Shown: positions 1 to 13,607, numbered from the stretch's first letter. The stretch: DNA of 64,000 nt from Tubulanus polymorphus (GCF_964204645.1 NC_134031.1:7006001-7070000); one strand, 5' to 3'. The notes: generated by a model not told the origin, from the sequence alone. Program-made: numbers and translations.

Positions 1-248
1 TTGAAGGGCACTTGTAGGGGGTTCGTTTGCTACCCCGAACCCCCCCTCGGTACGGGCTTGATTGAATACATCGATAATTGAATTGATTCAACTGGCAACC
101 AGTCTAACCCCGATATATTGGTGACGTTGTGCACGTCCTCTCAAAAATAATGACATTTCGAGTAAATCGCAATACTATTCACTGGTCATGTCATTCGCTG
201 TTTCGTAACGACATCGAACAAATGGACTGCTATATATACTGCCATATA

Positions 249-594
249 CAGTGTATCCCAGAAAATGGTTGCTCCGAAATGATTGAATATTTATAAGTTA
301 ATCTAAATAAATAAATAAAGTTTTGGTCTGGGTTAGTTTTCAGTAGGATGTATTCTTTACATATTAAGGATATTGGGTCATGTTGACCACGGTTGGCTGG
401 TTTTCAAACACTAATTATGAAGCGACCTATTTAACTTCAAAACCAAAATTGATAAAATAAGGCCGTTCTACGTGACCCATTAGCCTTGACCTGTAAAGAA
501 TTCATCCTACTAGATCGCAAAAATTTATTTACTAATATAGATAAACTGATGAATATTCAATCATTTCGGAGGAACCATTTTCTGGGGCACACTG
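249..594. mobile_element. Tc1/mariner-type MITE
   Basis: TIRs cagtgtatcccagaaaatggttgctccgaaatgattgaatatt / aatattcaatcatttcggaggaaccattttctggggcacactg, with TA on both sides. A partial inverted copy lies at about 20550-20735. Confidence 0.8.
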
Positions 595-814
595 TATAGA
601 GTAGACAGATATGTCTCCAGATATGTACTGATCTCATACGAGATGCTTGATTCTAGGCTACGAGTAGATTCTCAGTTTGCACTCGATTTAGCGTACTGGG
701 ATCGTCACTTAAGAGATATATGTCCTGGGTCCTGATTTGTGGGTGACTTGATTTTACATGAAACGATTTAATACGATTATTTCGATGAATATATTCGCTT
801 ATTTTTTTGTAAAG

Positions 815-3800
815 GGTACCGGATTCTGCTGCTGAACCAGATCCCGAACTGACGGCCGAAACCACCGAAGCGAAAGTCATTCCCCTCGACGATGTAAGTA
901 GATGTTTACGATAAGTTCTTACCAATGATCTGAAAAAACAAGAATGAAAATATATATATTTTCAGCAATTGTCGATGATCAGAATAATCTTATTTAAAAA
1001 AATTCAAGTTTTTTGATGGCTGTACAGACCAGTAAATGCTAAGCTTAAACAACTGTTCTTAAACTCAACTGATTAATACCCTAGTGCTGGAGATAATTTA
1101 GAATTTTTTGAAAAATTCCACCCTTAGTGTGTTGAATAACCGGAATATCACTATAGTGCTTCTACACCACGATGCGGTGTATCGTTACTAATATTTCACT
1201 ATGTTTGACAGGTGCTGCCATCTTTCAATAGAGATAAAAACTAATTTCTAATTACATCAATACACCGCAGTGTGATGTACTAGCAAAATCCGACACCGAT
1301 TTATACATCTCACTGAAAGGGTTAAATCTCATCAACTTAATCTGAACAATTATTTTTTTGTTGTAGGACGGTGTTTACGAAACGAGTTACGACACGACCG
1401 GTGAGTCGGCAGACGGATACGATCCCACGAAACCCGACACCGGATATTCTAGCAGCGCTGCGGACATCGCCGCCACCTCAGCCGGAGCGATGCCGATACT
1501 ACCGCCCGCGCTGGCCGGATTACTGGGATCTATATCGACGACGAGCAGCAATAAATCCGACGCTTTACTAACGGAGACTCAGTCGACCGGTGGGCAAGGC
1601 GACCAACCGAAAGGACTTTCGTTGCCGCCAAATATCGCCAGTTTAGTGGCGAGTTTAGCGTCGGCCACGAAACAACAGAACTCCGCTGAAACGACCGCGA
1701 AAACGACGGCCGATGAGAAATCAGCCGAAAGTCAGAACCTCGCTCAAAATAATCCTTTCAGCAGCGTACAAGGTCTCATTAACACACTGATGGTAAGTCG
1801 AAATGATAGTAATGTATGGTTCTCGTTATTTTTCTGAGCGTTAGTCTGCTGCTGCTGTTGAAAATTATGCTTTCTTTTGAATCTCAAAGTCGCTATTCAT
1901 GCACGAAAAGTGCATCTAAGTAAAGTTTGGATCCAAAAAATGTGATGATATATGAGACAAAAAAATTGAAGGGTTTCCTTCAGAAAGTTTAGTGGCCTTC
2001 TTAAGAAAAAAATGTTAATTTGGTATCAATAATGTGTCATCAGTAGAGCGCTTGAAGCTTCAGATGTACTATAAGTCTCTTTAATCTGCTTTAATTATCG
2101 ATACAACTGTTACTTATGTTACTTATGTACATGATGTTAATTTTCCGTTATATACCACCTATATTGATGTGACTGTTCCATCGGATTTTTTCAACAATAC
2201 AAAAACGTTGGAATTTAGTGTATCAGAGTTGCCACTTCTCCGGATTACTCCGGAATTCCGGATTTAAAAAAAAAAACAATTTCATTTCTGGATTTTCGGG
2301 AGAAGTCAAATAACCACAAAAGAAAACATAGCGAAAAAGATAAAAATCAATTCGGGATTTGACCCTAAACATCAAAACGTGACGGCTCCGTAGAGGGTTC
2401 GAAAAAGCCGTATTGTGCTGCCACGTAGTGGCAACAACCCCGCAGTACACGATTTAACCAAGATGACGCGACGATAGAAATCGACTGACGCTTCGTTTGT
2501 TTTTGGCTCTGGTTTATATATGAGGTGTATTTGACGGAACCAATCGCTATTTGAAAAAATGATCTATAGGCGGTAATGAAAGTGAGGCCTACAACGCGTA
2601 TTGCGCCAGAACGCATCTCCTGGCGTTCTAATTTCAAAAATTTTCTGGGGGAGGGCCCCTAGACCCCCCCGACTTATTTTCCGGATTTTTAGCTTCACAT
2701 AAGTGGCAACTCTGGTGTATGCAGGGATTTTTGCCTATGCGCACATTTAATGTCATTCAGTCAGGGTTCTTCATATGCTAGGGTTTTAGTTTTCATTCAT
2801 TAGTGAAACATCGTGGCTGCCATGCGTCGAAGATGCAAAGCTTTTCGTAGGCGGATTTGGCTAACCAAAAATATTTGCAAAAATAAAAGCTTTATTATGG
2901 TGCTTTCTGTTTTTCTGTCAAACTCTTTCAAAGCAATTATTGTCGACACATTGAACTCATGTCTAGAGGGCAACAGATTTTCTAACGGGGATAGATTATT
3001 TCCAAAAAAGTTGGGCGAAAAAATGACAGGGATATTCACCCCTCTAAAAGCTCTAGTGGCGATCACTGGTTTTCAAACTAAGCGCTGATTAGACAGTTCC
3101 CCATACAGTTAAGAGATAAGCCTATTCTTTCTATAAACTTTCTTCCTCGACACTGCCAGAAAATTGATTGTTCCGTTGATTTCAGGACTTACTGTCTCAA
3201 ACAATTGTATCCAACAATTACGTTGTGTAAGAATTAAACTTTTTGATTATGTAATTAGATATGCATTTGTTTAAATGGGGAACCCGCAAAACCAGCTATC
3301 CCACCAGATGGCGTGATGAGCAGTAGGTCGTCCATTATCAAAATTAGTTCACTTTCGATGATTTTTGAACTGAATTTTTAGACTGCGGCATCCATACATT
3401 ATCACAGCACCCACCAAATATACAATACTTTCATTCTTCTACTTGGATATCAGTGTAGTTCTCATGAATAACTGATTCATTTAAGAGAAAAGTTAATTCG
3501 GTTTTAATTGAAATGTAGAAGATATCGAAATCGGAAGACCAACTATCTACACGCGAACCTGCAGATCCGCGCCTGCCATACGTGAAATCGGCGATTGCCA
3601 CATTAACCCATTCTGCTGTGTAGATTCCGCTTAGTGATGTTTTGTATTCGTGTTTCGTTTTTCTGTATTAATACTAATTTTGCCGTCAACAGGAACAGAA
3701 TCCCAATACAGGAAGTATGTCTCCGCCGGATCCTAACAATCCTGAGCAGTTAGCTGAAAAGTTGAAGACGTTACTAGAACCATTCAAACACCAGTTACAA

Positions 3801-6333
3801 GGTAAATGTCGCTTTCATTAGCTATTGATGGTCTTCACATCTAGATAGATACAGTAGACTCCGCTCTCACGGTGGCCACTGACCTGTAAAACCTGGAAAA
3901 ACTAAGGGAATCAGAAAAATCCTGGAAAATTCATGGGGTATTCAACAAATTTTGCAAAAGCATAGAAAACTCGTGGAATTTGGATTGACCAGGTGTTTAT
4001 CTATCAATAAGTGGTTCATAGAATACGGATAAATTATAACATTTTAGACCAAGATATTGCTCTGATTCACTTGGGGAATTTTGTGTTTTACAATCACATG
4101 GAAAATTCAGAGAAAACTCCTAGGGGGATTTGTAAATAGGCGGAAATTGGGACTGCATTAGGACTTGATACACTTATACAAGGTTTTTCGAAATAGATTT
4201 TAACAACATTCTCAGACTTGAACGTTTCATTGAGTAGACTGAGTAGCGAGTCTACCTACCATATTGTGAAATTTTGCTCCAACGTTTTAAAGTTTTCTTT
4301 CTAATTGTACATTAATTAATTTGATTTGATCATTATAGAAAATATGATGCTGCCGCCACCACCTCCTGGAATGATGATACCGCCCCCTGGTGAAGGAATG
4401 ATGCGACCGCCACCGCCTAGTATGTTCCCGCCGCCATTCGGAATGCCTCCGCCCCCGTTCGGACCGGGACGTCCACCGATGCCGCATATGAATATGAATT
4501 TTGGTCCTCACGGTAAGATTTTGGTTGATGGGTGTAATATTTTAACGCAAAAAGATATGAATTAATCTATTAAAAGAACCAACAATAATCTTAATTTTAT
4601 GAAATAAAGAAAATGAATTTTTATGTACAAAATGTCTATAGGCACGCACCATTTCATCTGCATGTCAGGTGATTCAGATTATATTAGGACAAATATCCAC
4701 CAGCCTGGACAATGAATAGCCTTCTGAGTTATGAACCCTTTCCCTTGAGTTCATTGACCCTTTCACTACTGACAGTTGCACCCTACATTGCTGGAGAAAA
4801 TGTGAAAAAATAGGGAAATTCGGCCTATGCAGTGCAGTATAGTGTAAATAGCTGATTTTTTGCTGTATTGCATCTACCTCGCAGTGCAGTGTATCCTTAG
4901 TTATGATATATTACTGTATCCTTTTCCTTTATCCGATCCATTCCCCCGGCAGGGTTTCAAACCTGATGGCATTGCTAGAGTCAGCCACGGCACAAACCCT
5001 GCCACACAAGACTGGGTGCGCAGGTTTACCGCAAGAAAACTTGCAGCACCTATCAGAGGTATATTAATGCCGAGCCAAATTTCATGGATAGACTATAAAT
5101 GGAAAACCTAGGAAAAAAAACGAGATATCGGATCGGCTAATAATGAAATCATCTGAGCTGCCATCTTTCAATATAAATCGGAACTAATAAACTGGCAACC
5201 TAGTAAATAGCCTTCCGTTAGGATTGCAAGAACATTACGATAATGATTACATGGATAAAGTACAACGCATAGCCGGTATACACAGTGAATGTAAGGGTTA
5301 ATGACTGATTTCTTATCATCTGTAAACATCCATAACATTGATTGATATTTTGAAAGGGGTCATTGTGTATAAAGTGGAATAGTTGGCACGGTTTAGAATA
5401 TATATTTCATCATTGATTCGTGTGGGACAAATTTTGATAAGGTTTCCAATTCAAATTGTTAATGACAAGAATGCAGATTTATTGAGCGTCCCTACGACTC
5501 CTTCCTTCGACTCCTTCCTTCCTTAAAGAAACTTCTTATTGATTGAAAACACTTTTATAAAGATGCCTGAAATTCCTTTGATATGAGCAAAATTTACAAA
5601 ACTTCATTAAAACTCCTTCAATTTTGAGGAAAAGGCAATTGGAAATGTTTGTCTAGTTTGCAATTGCGCAGTAGACACCGTCTAAATCAGTTAAGTTGGG
5701 ACCAGGATTTTTTTTACCCAATTAGACGGCTAACAAATTAGGAACCGAGTTCAGGAATTGTTTGTGATGAAAATTTGCTTACAAAATCGCCAAAGTTCCA
5801 AAGTAATGGTTTACCGAGACAAACAATAATGATTTAGGAGGAGTATTTGGGATGAAAGTGATTTTCCGAAATTTGAAATTTCCTCCTTTTAAACTTGATG
5901 AAAACTATATCCAGTAACGACGGATTTATTATTATTTGTCGACAAAATGAGCTCAAAAACATGCGTGAATGATTTTATCATTGTAGGTAACCGAGGCAGA
6001 GGCGTCGGAGGTCGAGGTCGCGGTGGCCCGCCGCGTATGAACGGGCCGCGATTCAACGGACCGATCCGCGGAATGCTGAATCGAGGTCGCGATGATCGAG
6101 GCGGTTACAGAGGACGAGGTACGAACGAAAAAATTCCCGAATTTAAAAAGAAATTTAAAAAAATTTTTTTTAATGATTATTTTTCGATATTTGATAGCTT
6201 TTTATCATCACTCGCAACTATCTAAACACTTCGTCGATGATGTATTTTTTCAGGGAGGTCGATATGTCATCATTTTCGTTCGGGGAACTGTATGAAAGGC
6301 TCGGCTTGTGCATTCCGTCACGATAGGTCGTAA
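815..6333 (+). CDS. PPP1R10: PP1 nuclear targeting subunit PNUTS, 3' part (exons 815-893, 1367-1792, 3693-3801, 4339-4512, 5987-6118, 6254-6333); 5' exons lie upstream of the window
   Basis: All junctions are AG/GT with consistent phase. The translation gives VPDSAAEPDPE...KVIPLDD, LPPALAGLLGS, VQGLINTLM and EKLKTLLEP (collinear with PNUTS motifs), then a Pro/Met-rich exon, an RGG exon and a terminal CCCH zinc finger CHHFRSGNCMKGSACAFRH-DRS*. Confidence 0.9.
2224..2714. mobile_element. MITE with 14-bp TIRs and 6-bp target-site duplication (hAT-like)
   Basis: TIRs cagagttgccactt / aagtggcaactctg; gtgtat duplicated at 2218-2223 and 2715-2720. Confidence 0.8.
4943..5165. mobile_element. Partial copy of a MITE family also present at about 42565-42842 and 55632-55960
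   Basis: Shared core cctgatggcattgct...cagccacggcac(a/g)aa(a/c)ccctgccaca...gactgggtgcgcagg in all three copies. Confidence 0.7.
5490..5925 (+). repeat. Interspersed intronic repeat (nested non-autonomous DNA elements), also at about 33065-33480 and 34475-34880
   Basis: Collinear blocks ctacgactcctt...aaactccttcaatttt...gttgggacc...aggaggagt...gaaatttgaaattt in all three places. Confidence 0.7.
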
Positions 6334-6677
6334 CCGCCGTGCTGTCACCTGGTGTCGCCGATGATACAACATCGTCGTCTTCATCATCGTCATCATCATT
6401 GTTCTTATTTCTTCGCTGTAGAGATGTATTGCGCGTCGGGACTGATGATAGTAGTTTACGGTGTTCGTCGTCGTCGACGAAGGTATATCGCAGTGAATAG
6501 ACAAAAATTTCCTCGTGGTATTATTGTCATCAAACTCTTCGGGCGGATCGTGCGGATCTATTTCGGGAATCGAGTCGGATCACGCTTATTTTGTGTGCCA
6601 AATTGCTGTTTATCGACGAGTGACTTCACGCGATATTTCACATTAATTGTTACATGTTATTTCACTTGAACTACGTA

Positions 6678-7027
6678 CAGTAGACTCTCGTCCTTACTCG
6701 GTGCTAACTGTATTTATTACCAACTGTATTTTCGAAAGACCCTAAAAATCCTTTATAATGCCACTGTTGGGACCTCTGAAAAACATGGCATTGAATCGAA
6801 TTTGGCGTTATGAAGATTGGTATTTCCATTGAATTTAAGTTAGATTGGGTAAATTTGTTCGCTGAAAAATGTTGGCGTTAAGTGAGCAGTTGCATTAAAA
6901 AAAGGATAGCGTTTTAATGGACTTTGACTGTATTTCAATTTTACTGATTTTGAATTCAACTCAATATTGGGTTAACGTGGTGGAATATCTATAGTCCAAA
7001 CAGTACCGAGTAAGGCAGAGTCGACGG
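6678..7027. mobile_element. pogo/Tc1-like MITE downstream of the PNUTS stop codon
   Basis: TA|cagtagactctcgtccttactcggtgct ... agtaccgagtaaggcagagtcgacgg|TA, imperfect TIRs. Confidence 0.6.
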
Positions 7028-9651
7028 TATATACACAGTTGGCTCGGCTGAGTCTGAGACCAAATCTAACTGTTCTTACGGTATTGTAATTTTCTGACTC
7101 GACGTTAAGTGAGCCGTCATCCCTTCATAGCTCGAAAAAAAAGATCCGATTCAAGCGGAGTCCGCTGTATATGTGCAGTGATAGTATAAATTGGCCCGTT
7201 TGTTTATTTTTTATACGAAAAGAAAATGTTTCATCCAACAATCATTGGGTAGAGATGATGAAAAAATTTACTTGGAACTAACCATACATTGACTCATGTT
7301 GAGTCTAGCATTTAATCTAGAAGCCTGGACACTCAGGGATTCAGAGTGCAGGTTTAGATGGTATTTTGTGATACACGTAACTATTTTGCAGGGTTTTCAC
7401 GCTCATCGTTCCTCACTTGCCATGGCTAGCTCCTCACTTGGCCAGTTTCAGAATTGCTATTTCATCCATCAGTCAGCCCGGCGTTTTGTCGATATTGGAA
7501 AGTCATTATGGGCCATTTGACGTTCCAAGGAGAATACGTTGAAATTCAATGCATTGCGGGGGAAGTTGCTGTGATGCTCGCGTTTTAGGGCTTGATGGAT
7601 CCTTCATATATTTACCCATGTACGATTTGTGCTTACACGCATTTTCATTGAGAAAAACCTTTCATTTACCTGCGTTAAAAATCAAATTTCCTTATTCTGG
7701 ATCAGTGAAATTCCGATTTCCATCACATGCGGATATCATTTTAGCCTGCATTCACTTGTACTTCACGAAGGCTATACAGAACATTCGCAAAATGGTCTGG
7801 ATTAAGTGGGCTTCATAGAGATAGCGATGATCCTGGTTTAAGTGAGAGCTACCACTGATTCGTGCGGGGAAGAATTTCCTAACACAACCAATCTCTCTTC
7901 ACAAACGGTGCTAAAAAAAGTGTTGTCGGGTTTTCGACTGCATTTTGTGTCTTTCAATACGGAGTTATTTTTACGCAATTCTTTTTTAATAAACACAAAT
8001 TTGTTGTTTGTTCTTTAATGAACTGTTGAAAATAAATTCTATTTTGCAATAAGACTTATCGAGTGTTTTGTTTCGTGCATCGTCTAGAGCAGCGTCGATC
8101 CGTTCCCTGTATCGATTTATTGAAGAAGGTGGACTCTACATACTACATAGAGCGCCGCCGCAGATACTCCAGACATCACGTGAGATCGTTTAGATAAATA
8201 AGTGGATTGAACACTGCTGTGCAGATACGGGTGTAAAATCTGACGAACGAAAGCCATTTCGAACTGATTCCCACCCGATATCTACTTTTAAAACGAACGC
8301 GACTTTTATATACGACACGTAGTAAGCTACGATTAATTACTAACTTCTGCGCGTACATTTTACAGCTCCCCGATTTCGTGGTTAGTTGAAAGCTGTGTTT
8401 TAAAATCTTGAAATAGAGATCGTCCCTGTCATTTATTCACAGTTGAAAGCTGTGTTAACCTTATATTATTTCGAAACAAACTAATTGACAATATTACTGA
8501 AAGCACCCTGCACTAGGCTAACAAAAACTTTGAAAATTCTTTGACGAAAGACCAGCGCTGGTCATGCGTCGTAAATTCTGATTGATTCTAATTACATTCA
8601 CCTGTACGTACGTGATATCGCTGTCAATAAAAGACTATGGGCGAATTATTTGATGCTCGAGCCCCATACCGTCTCGTCGTTTGAGATGGATTGGTTGTGT
8701 TAGGTCAATGTTATTTGTGGCGAAGTTCGATTCCGTAAATAGAATCAAAATTCGCGTTCGGTTTTCCGTTTGAATTAAGTAACGTGTATAAAGATTTGAA
8801 ATGTTTTCATTCATTTAAGAGTCCGGCTATTGTCGAGGGCGAATGTGAATTATGTTGGTATTATTCGTGTGTTTACGTTCGCTATAAAATGTGTGCTGTG
8901 CGAGAAGTAGCGTTTGAAAAATAGAAAAATTGAAATCGGTTACGTGATGATATAAACGATGTAAATAGTTCAAAATATTATTGTATAGGATCGTACGTAA
9001 ATGAAAAAAGTTATTGTAAAAAAACTAATCTATATATCATGTATAAAGAGTAATAAAGAAACACATTGTATATGTGCATATTGTTTAAACTTCTAGTTGT
9101 CTACAATAATTAGTCCATTTCGCATTTGTAACCTGGTCATTATTGGTCAGACATACGTATTACTCTGGATGCAAATGTGGCATGTTCACATCGCGGGCGA
9201 CGACATCTAAAAAATGTTACCGTAGCCCTGCGGCAGACTGCTTGTAACTTGTATGCAGTTACAGTGTTATTTTTGTGAAACTAGTTATTTTAGTGAAACT
9301 AGTGTCCGCTACGTGTCAATAGATTATTGACATTGCTGTATTTTGGGGACGGTTTCCATTAGTCGGTTATCCAAGTAGTTTAACCAACAACGTGGAAATA
9401 ATGAAGAGATTTCGCTATTATCATTTAATAGGGTTCCTGCTGATTTCGCAGAAACCCTATTTCTATTCTGTGGATTATTATAATTTTTCTCTTTTTCACA
9501 GTGCATCTTATTGAAAGAAACTACTCAAACTTTCATCGTCGATGAAATCGAAATTGAACTGTGTGTCCTCTTTTGTGCAGTTTCGAGTCTGTCGTCCGGG
9601 GTATTTATTCCACTGTGTGTGGAATAGGGGGTAGTCCACTGTGTTTGGTCA

Positions 9652-9866
9652 GATCCAATGTGTTTGGATAGATTTTTGAAGCCCACTGTATGCGGGCGTC
9701 CAATGTGTTTGGACCAATATTTTAGCGATCCAATGTGTTTGGATAGATTTTGAAAGCCCACTGTGTGCGGGCGTCAAATGTGTTTGGACCAAATTTTTAG
9801 CGATCCAATGTGTTTGGAAGGATTTTGAAGCCCACTGTGTGCGGGCGACCAATGTGTTTGGACAAA
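9652..9866. repeat. Tandem array of three ~75-bp units, each with two copies of ccaatgtgtttgga
   Basis: Units start at 9652, 9727 and 9802 (gatccaatgtgtttgga...gcccactgt(a/g)tgcgggcg...). Confidence 0.9.
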
Positions 9867-12422
9867 CTTGCTGTCATAGCCACTGGGTGTGGATATGAAG
9901 CTGTGTGCGTCTCAGGACTGTGCGTCTCTTTGCCTGCTGGGTGCGGGATGGAGGGCTGCCCCGGAGTGTTAGAAAAGAATGGAAGAATCGTTACGTTTAT
10001 GAATAAAGAGTGATAATGAATAAATGAATTTTTAGGGCGGGGAAAACTCGACGCGACGCCCGCCGCCGCCGACAGCGATGCGCGAGCCCGCCTGCCGCAC
10101 GCCGCGCGAACGGCGTACGGGGCTGACGACGCGCGCGCCGACTAGGATCGACGACGGCCCCGTAAAGGTTGAGGCGTCGCGCGTATCGGTGCCTCCCGAG
10201 AGTTGTTGGTTCTCCATATTCTGAGTGTGTTTCGGTATACTACGTTGGTCCCACTAATGTGAGATTTATCGGTCGGGGAGTTCGTCTATTATTACGGTTT
10301 TCTGATCCGTTTCGGTGATTTTATTTAGTGCATTTTCGTTTTCGTGGAGAGTTTAGTCGCGCTCAACATTTTGCAGTTTTACGCGAGCATCATATTTCAT
10401 ATTTCTTGTTCATGGCTGGTCAGCTTCGTGATGCGTTTTCCCTTGTATTCCACGGGTTTTGCTCGTTGGTCAATTTGTCTTTTACCGTTTTCCGAGGTGG
10501 AAATGAAATTGCAAAAGATTTGGCGTCTGAAACCTGTCGATTGTTTACGCTGGTAATAAAGTTAGATTTTTGATCAGTTTCAATGTGTTGTTTTATTGCG
10601 TCCTGTCCGCGGGCCTCTCAGTGTCCGTTGTCATGACTTCGGTCATGTTGGCTGGGGGGTTGGTTTAGTGTTCTTAGAGGCTTGAAATACGTCACAGAAA
10701 TGTTGTCGATATTAATAACCGTTAGGCCCTTTTTAATAGCTTGGCACTATTGATATCGTAGATTTTATTGCAACAATTCTAACTGTAGAAATAAGATTAC
10801 AATAGACTCACAAACAGCGATTGAAAAGTCCGAAAATTCATACGCATTGTTCTGTAATGGAAAACGTTCAAAATCACGTGTTGGTACAAAATCTGTTGTT
10901 GAATTTCTATCACAAGTTTAAGATTATTACAAATACGTATCGTTAGTATTATCAATTGTAATAAATCTAAACTTGTGATAGATATTCAACAACAAAGTTT
11001 GTATCGAGACAGTCAATAACGTCATTCTAAAATATGAATTTTCCAAAAGCTAATCAGAGATATTCTGCCTTGATATTCAGTAGTTTTTGAAGTCACGTAT
11101 TTCACCGAGTTAACAATATGGTTACGAAATAATCCTGCACAACTAGATACTAGATAGATTATACAGATTAGAGCGTATATGTGTATGATACAGTATATGA
11201 TACGATATAACGAGACCAATAATCTGCTTGATCGGGTTCAATGAAATTGTTAGCACCAAAATGGACTTCGACATCATATACATGTGTTTGACCATAAAAT
11301 ACCAACGCACTCATAAAGTTTCCTATCAATCAGCAGAATTCTCAGTTCGAAGAATTTACGTAATTGAATTCATTTTTTTCGGCAACGACTTTGTTCTATT
11401 TCGGCACAACATATCGATTATGAGAGTCAGAAAAGTCAACAAATACCTTCACATTGATCAAAACATCTGCATCTGGACGGAAGCGCAGTTTTGTAAGATT
11501 ACAACACATGTAGTTGGGGGCTCAAGTTTTTATATCATGTGGAATGAATTTGATGGTTGTCATAAATAAAGAGATATCTCTGTAAAGAGTGTGAAATAAG
11601 AGATATCTCTGTAAAGAGTGAGAAATAAGATTATTTTCAAATATTTACATATTTTGACACGCGCGTGGCTGGTGGAACCCTAATTAGTTAAATAATAGTT
11701 TGGACTGAACTTAAAACCGATGATTCTTCTATCAATAAGAAAAAAACATTAATATGCAACCTACAATTATTTTTATTATCTAAAAAATATATGAATTTTA
11801 CTTAACGAACTTCGAGAGACCAGTTTTCTAACGTATTTGGGTCTTAAAACTTCAGTATCGAATGAAATAGCTCAATACATCTAAGTTGTTAGAATCCGAA
11901 AGGTTGCAATCGAAAACCACTTTTAAAACAGTATCCTTGTAACATGAAATAATCTCGGACACACTCGGTCTGGGGTTGGCAAATACTTCACCATGAAGGC
12001 CTACCGAGAATTGTGACAATGAGTTTCTATTCACCGCTTTCAGTGGTGGTTTTCTGGGCGAGTTGGCCGGGACCGCGAATATGGGGACACAGTCAAATGT
12101 ATTGATCAAATGCATCAAAATGCTTCACATGCATCAAATTGAAATACGATTGTTTTTTCGTCAATATAAAATCCCGCACTAAGAACGAAAAGTCGAGTCC
12201 GAAATGTTTCCTCGAACTTGTGATAAATTCTATGTTTTCGACTTCTTCCTAATAGTTATCTTCGGGGGAATGCTGATCGAGAATTGAAACCTCGAATTAA
12301 CTACTACGTACGACTAGTTCTAGGAAAAAGGATTTTGTAGGAATTCTATATTACCGTCACAACTCTTTGTAGATTGTTAACAACACGAACAGTTTTCTAG
12401 CAATTGTTTCATCGAGAACCAA

Positions 12423-13367
12423 TTAATCAGATTTAACACTGGTGAATGCTTCGTCGTAACTGGGCAGACCGTGAATTTCGGCGACGTCATCTGCTCCAGT
12501 AGGTGGCGCTGATGCTACTGTAAGCTGCGCGTAGGCCGAGGCCTGATCGCAGGGCATTTGAGTAGTAACGGCATGCTGACCGTATCCCAGGGGCGGCTGA
12601 TTCGTGGCGGGCTGATCGTAAACTTGTAAAGGCTGGCGGTACACGATCTGACCGGCCGCGCCGCCCTGTTGTTGCATCATGTAGACGATCGGCTGTTGCT
12701 GGGGGAAACAGGCGTTTGGCGTCGGACAGCAAATCGCCCGGCAGCTCACGCACGACTGGACGATCGGTACGATCATCAAAACGATGCCGACAAGCATATT
12801 GATCGAGTGGCACGCTACTCTGAAGTTGATTTCGTCGATCGAGCCGGGGGGCCCACTGGGCCCTCGAGAGCAGGAGTAGCGATAGGCATCTTTAAATTTC
12901 ATCTGCGTGTGTACCTCCAAGCATCGTCTTAGTCGCTCGTCCAACGCGATTCCGGCCGTCGAAAACGCTACCAACACGAAACCCAACAAACACGTGAAAA
13001 TCGACATGACCATTGTGCCGATTATCGGGCAGTTGTTCTTCGTTTTTGAGCTGTGCAGGCCGAGCCCGCCGGCGACGAAGCACAGAATGCTGCCCCACAA
13101 TCCGTAGCCGATGAAGTTGAACATCGCACGCGACGGGATCATCGAAATCCCGATGATCAACAGGATGAAACCGCAGACGATTTGAATGATTCCGCAATAT
13201 CGCGCCGAATTATGAGCGAAACTGAATCGTGATCCGTCTAATCTACGATTGCTCGTCGTGACCGGTTGCGGCGGCAAGGTCGGCATCATCAAAATTTGTG
13301 GTTGAGGCGAATTCAGGATTACGTGACCGCCACCAGCGCTGTATACCCGGGGCATCTGCGAAGCCAT
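12423..13367 (-). CDS. MS4A/CD20-family four-pass membrane protein, 314 aa, single coding exon
   Basis: GIIQIVCGFILLIIGI, GYGLWGSILCFVAGGLGL and CPIIGTMVMSIFTC match the MS4A TM1-3 pattern. TM4 is followed by SCVSCRAICC and a Gln/Pro-rich tail with an LPSY (PY-like) motif. Confidence 0.85.
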   Translation of the reverse strand: MASQMPRVYSAGGGHVILNSPQPQILMMPTLPPQPVTTSNRRLDGSRFSFAHNSARYCGIIQIVCGFILLIIGISMIPSRAMFNFIGYGLWGSILCFVAGGLGLHSSKTKNNCPIIGTMVMSIFTCLLGFVLVAFSTAGIALDERLRRCLEVHTQMKFKDAYRYSCSRGPSGPPGSIDEINFRVACHSINMLVGIVLMIVPIVQSCVSCRAICCPTPNACFPQQQPIVYMMQQQGGAAGQIVYRQPLQVYDQPATNQPPLGYGQHAVTTQMPCDQASAYAQLTVASAPPTGADDVAEIHGLPSYDEAFTSVKSD

Positions 13368-13476
13368 TTACGATTTTTTTTTCGAGTAGCTGGAAGAGGT
13401 GATAAAAAGATTGAAAGAATATTAACTCCCGCATGAAAATGAACGTTTCAACGTTTCTACGTTATTCTCAAATCTT

Positions 13477-13607
13477 CAGGGCTCAGTTTCACGAAAAAGT
13501 TTGAATACAATTTTTGGTGTAATTGGTAACTTCATGTTTTCAATGAGGACAACAATTCAAACTTTACCTTCTTAGGCTTAGACCTTTTTCGTGAAACTGG
13601 GCCCAGG
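13477..13607. mobile_element. PIF/Harbinger-like MITE
   Basis: ggctcagtttcacgaaaaag ... ctttttcgtgaaactgggcc flanked by cag/cag. Related GGGCC-ended elements occur at about 33512, 46426-46554 and 60485. Confidence 0.6.

Noticed and set aside
9652-9866. CRISPR-like appearance (ccaatgtgtttgga recurring with spacers)
   Set aside because: The spacers themselves repeat in alternation, the context is eukaryotic and there are no cas genes. It is a tandem minisatellite.
10030-10220. Hammerhead ribozyme (ctgacga) or 61-aa minus-strand ORF
   Set aside because: There is no correctly placed downstream GAAA and stems for a hammerhead core, and the ORF has no recognisable features.
12487-13197. Overlapping alternative ORFs within the MS4A gene
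   Set aside because: Shadow frames of a GC-rich coding exon.
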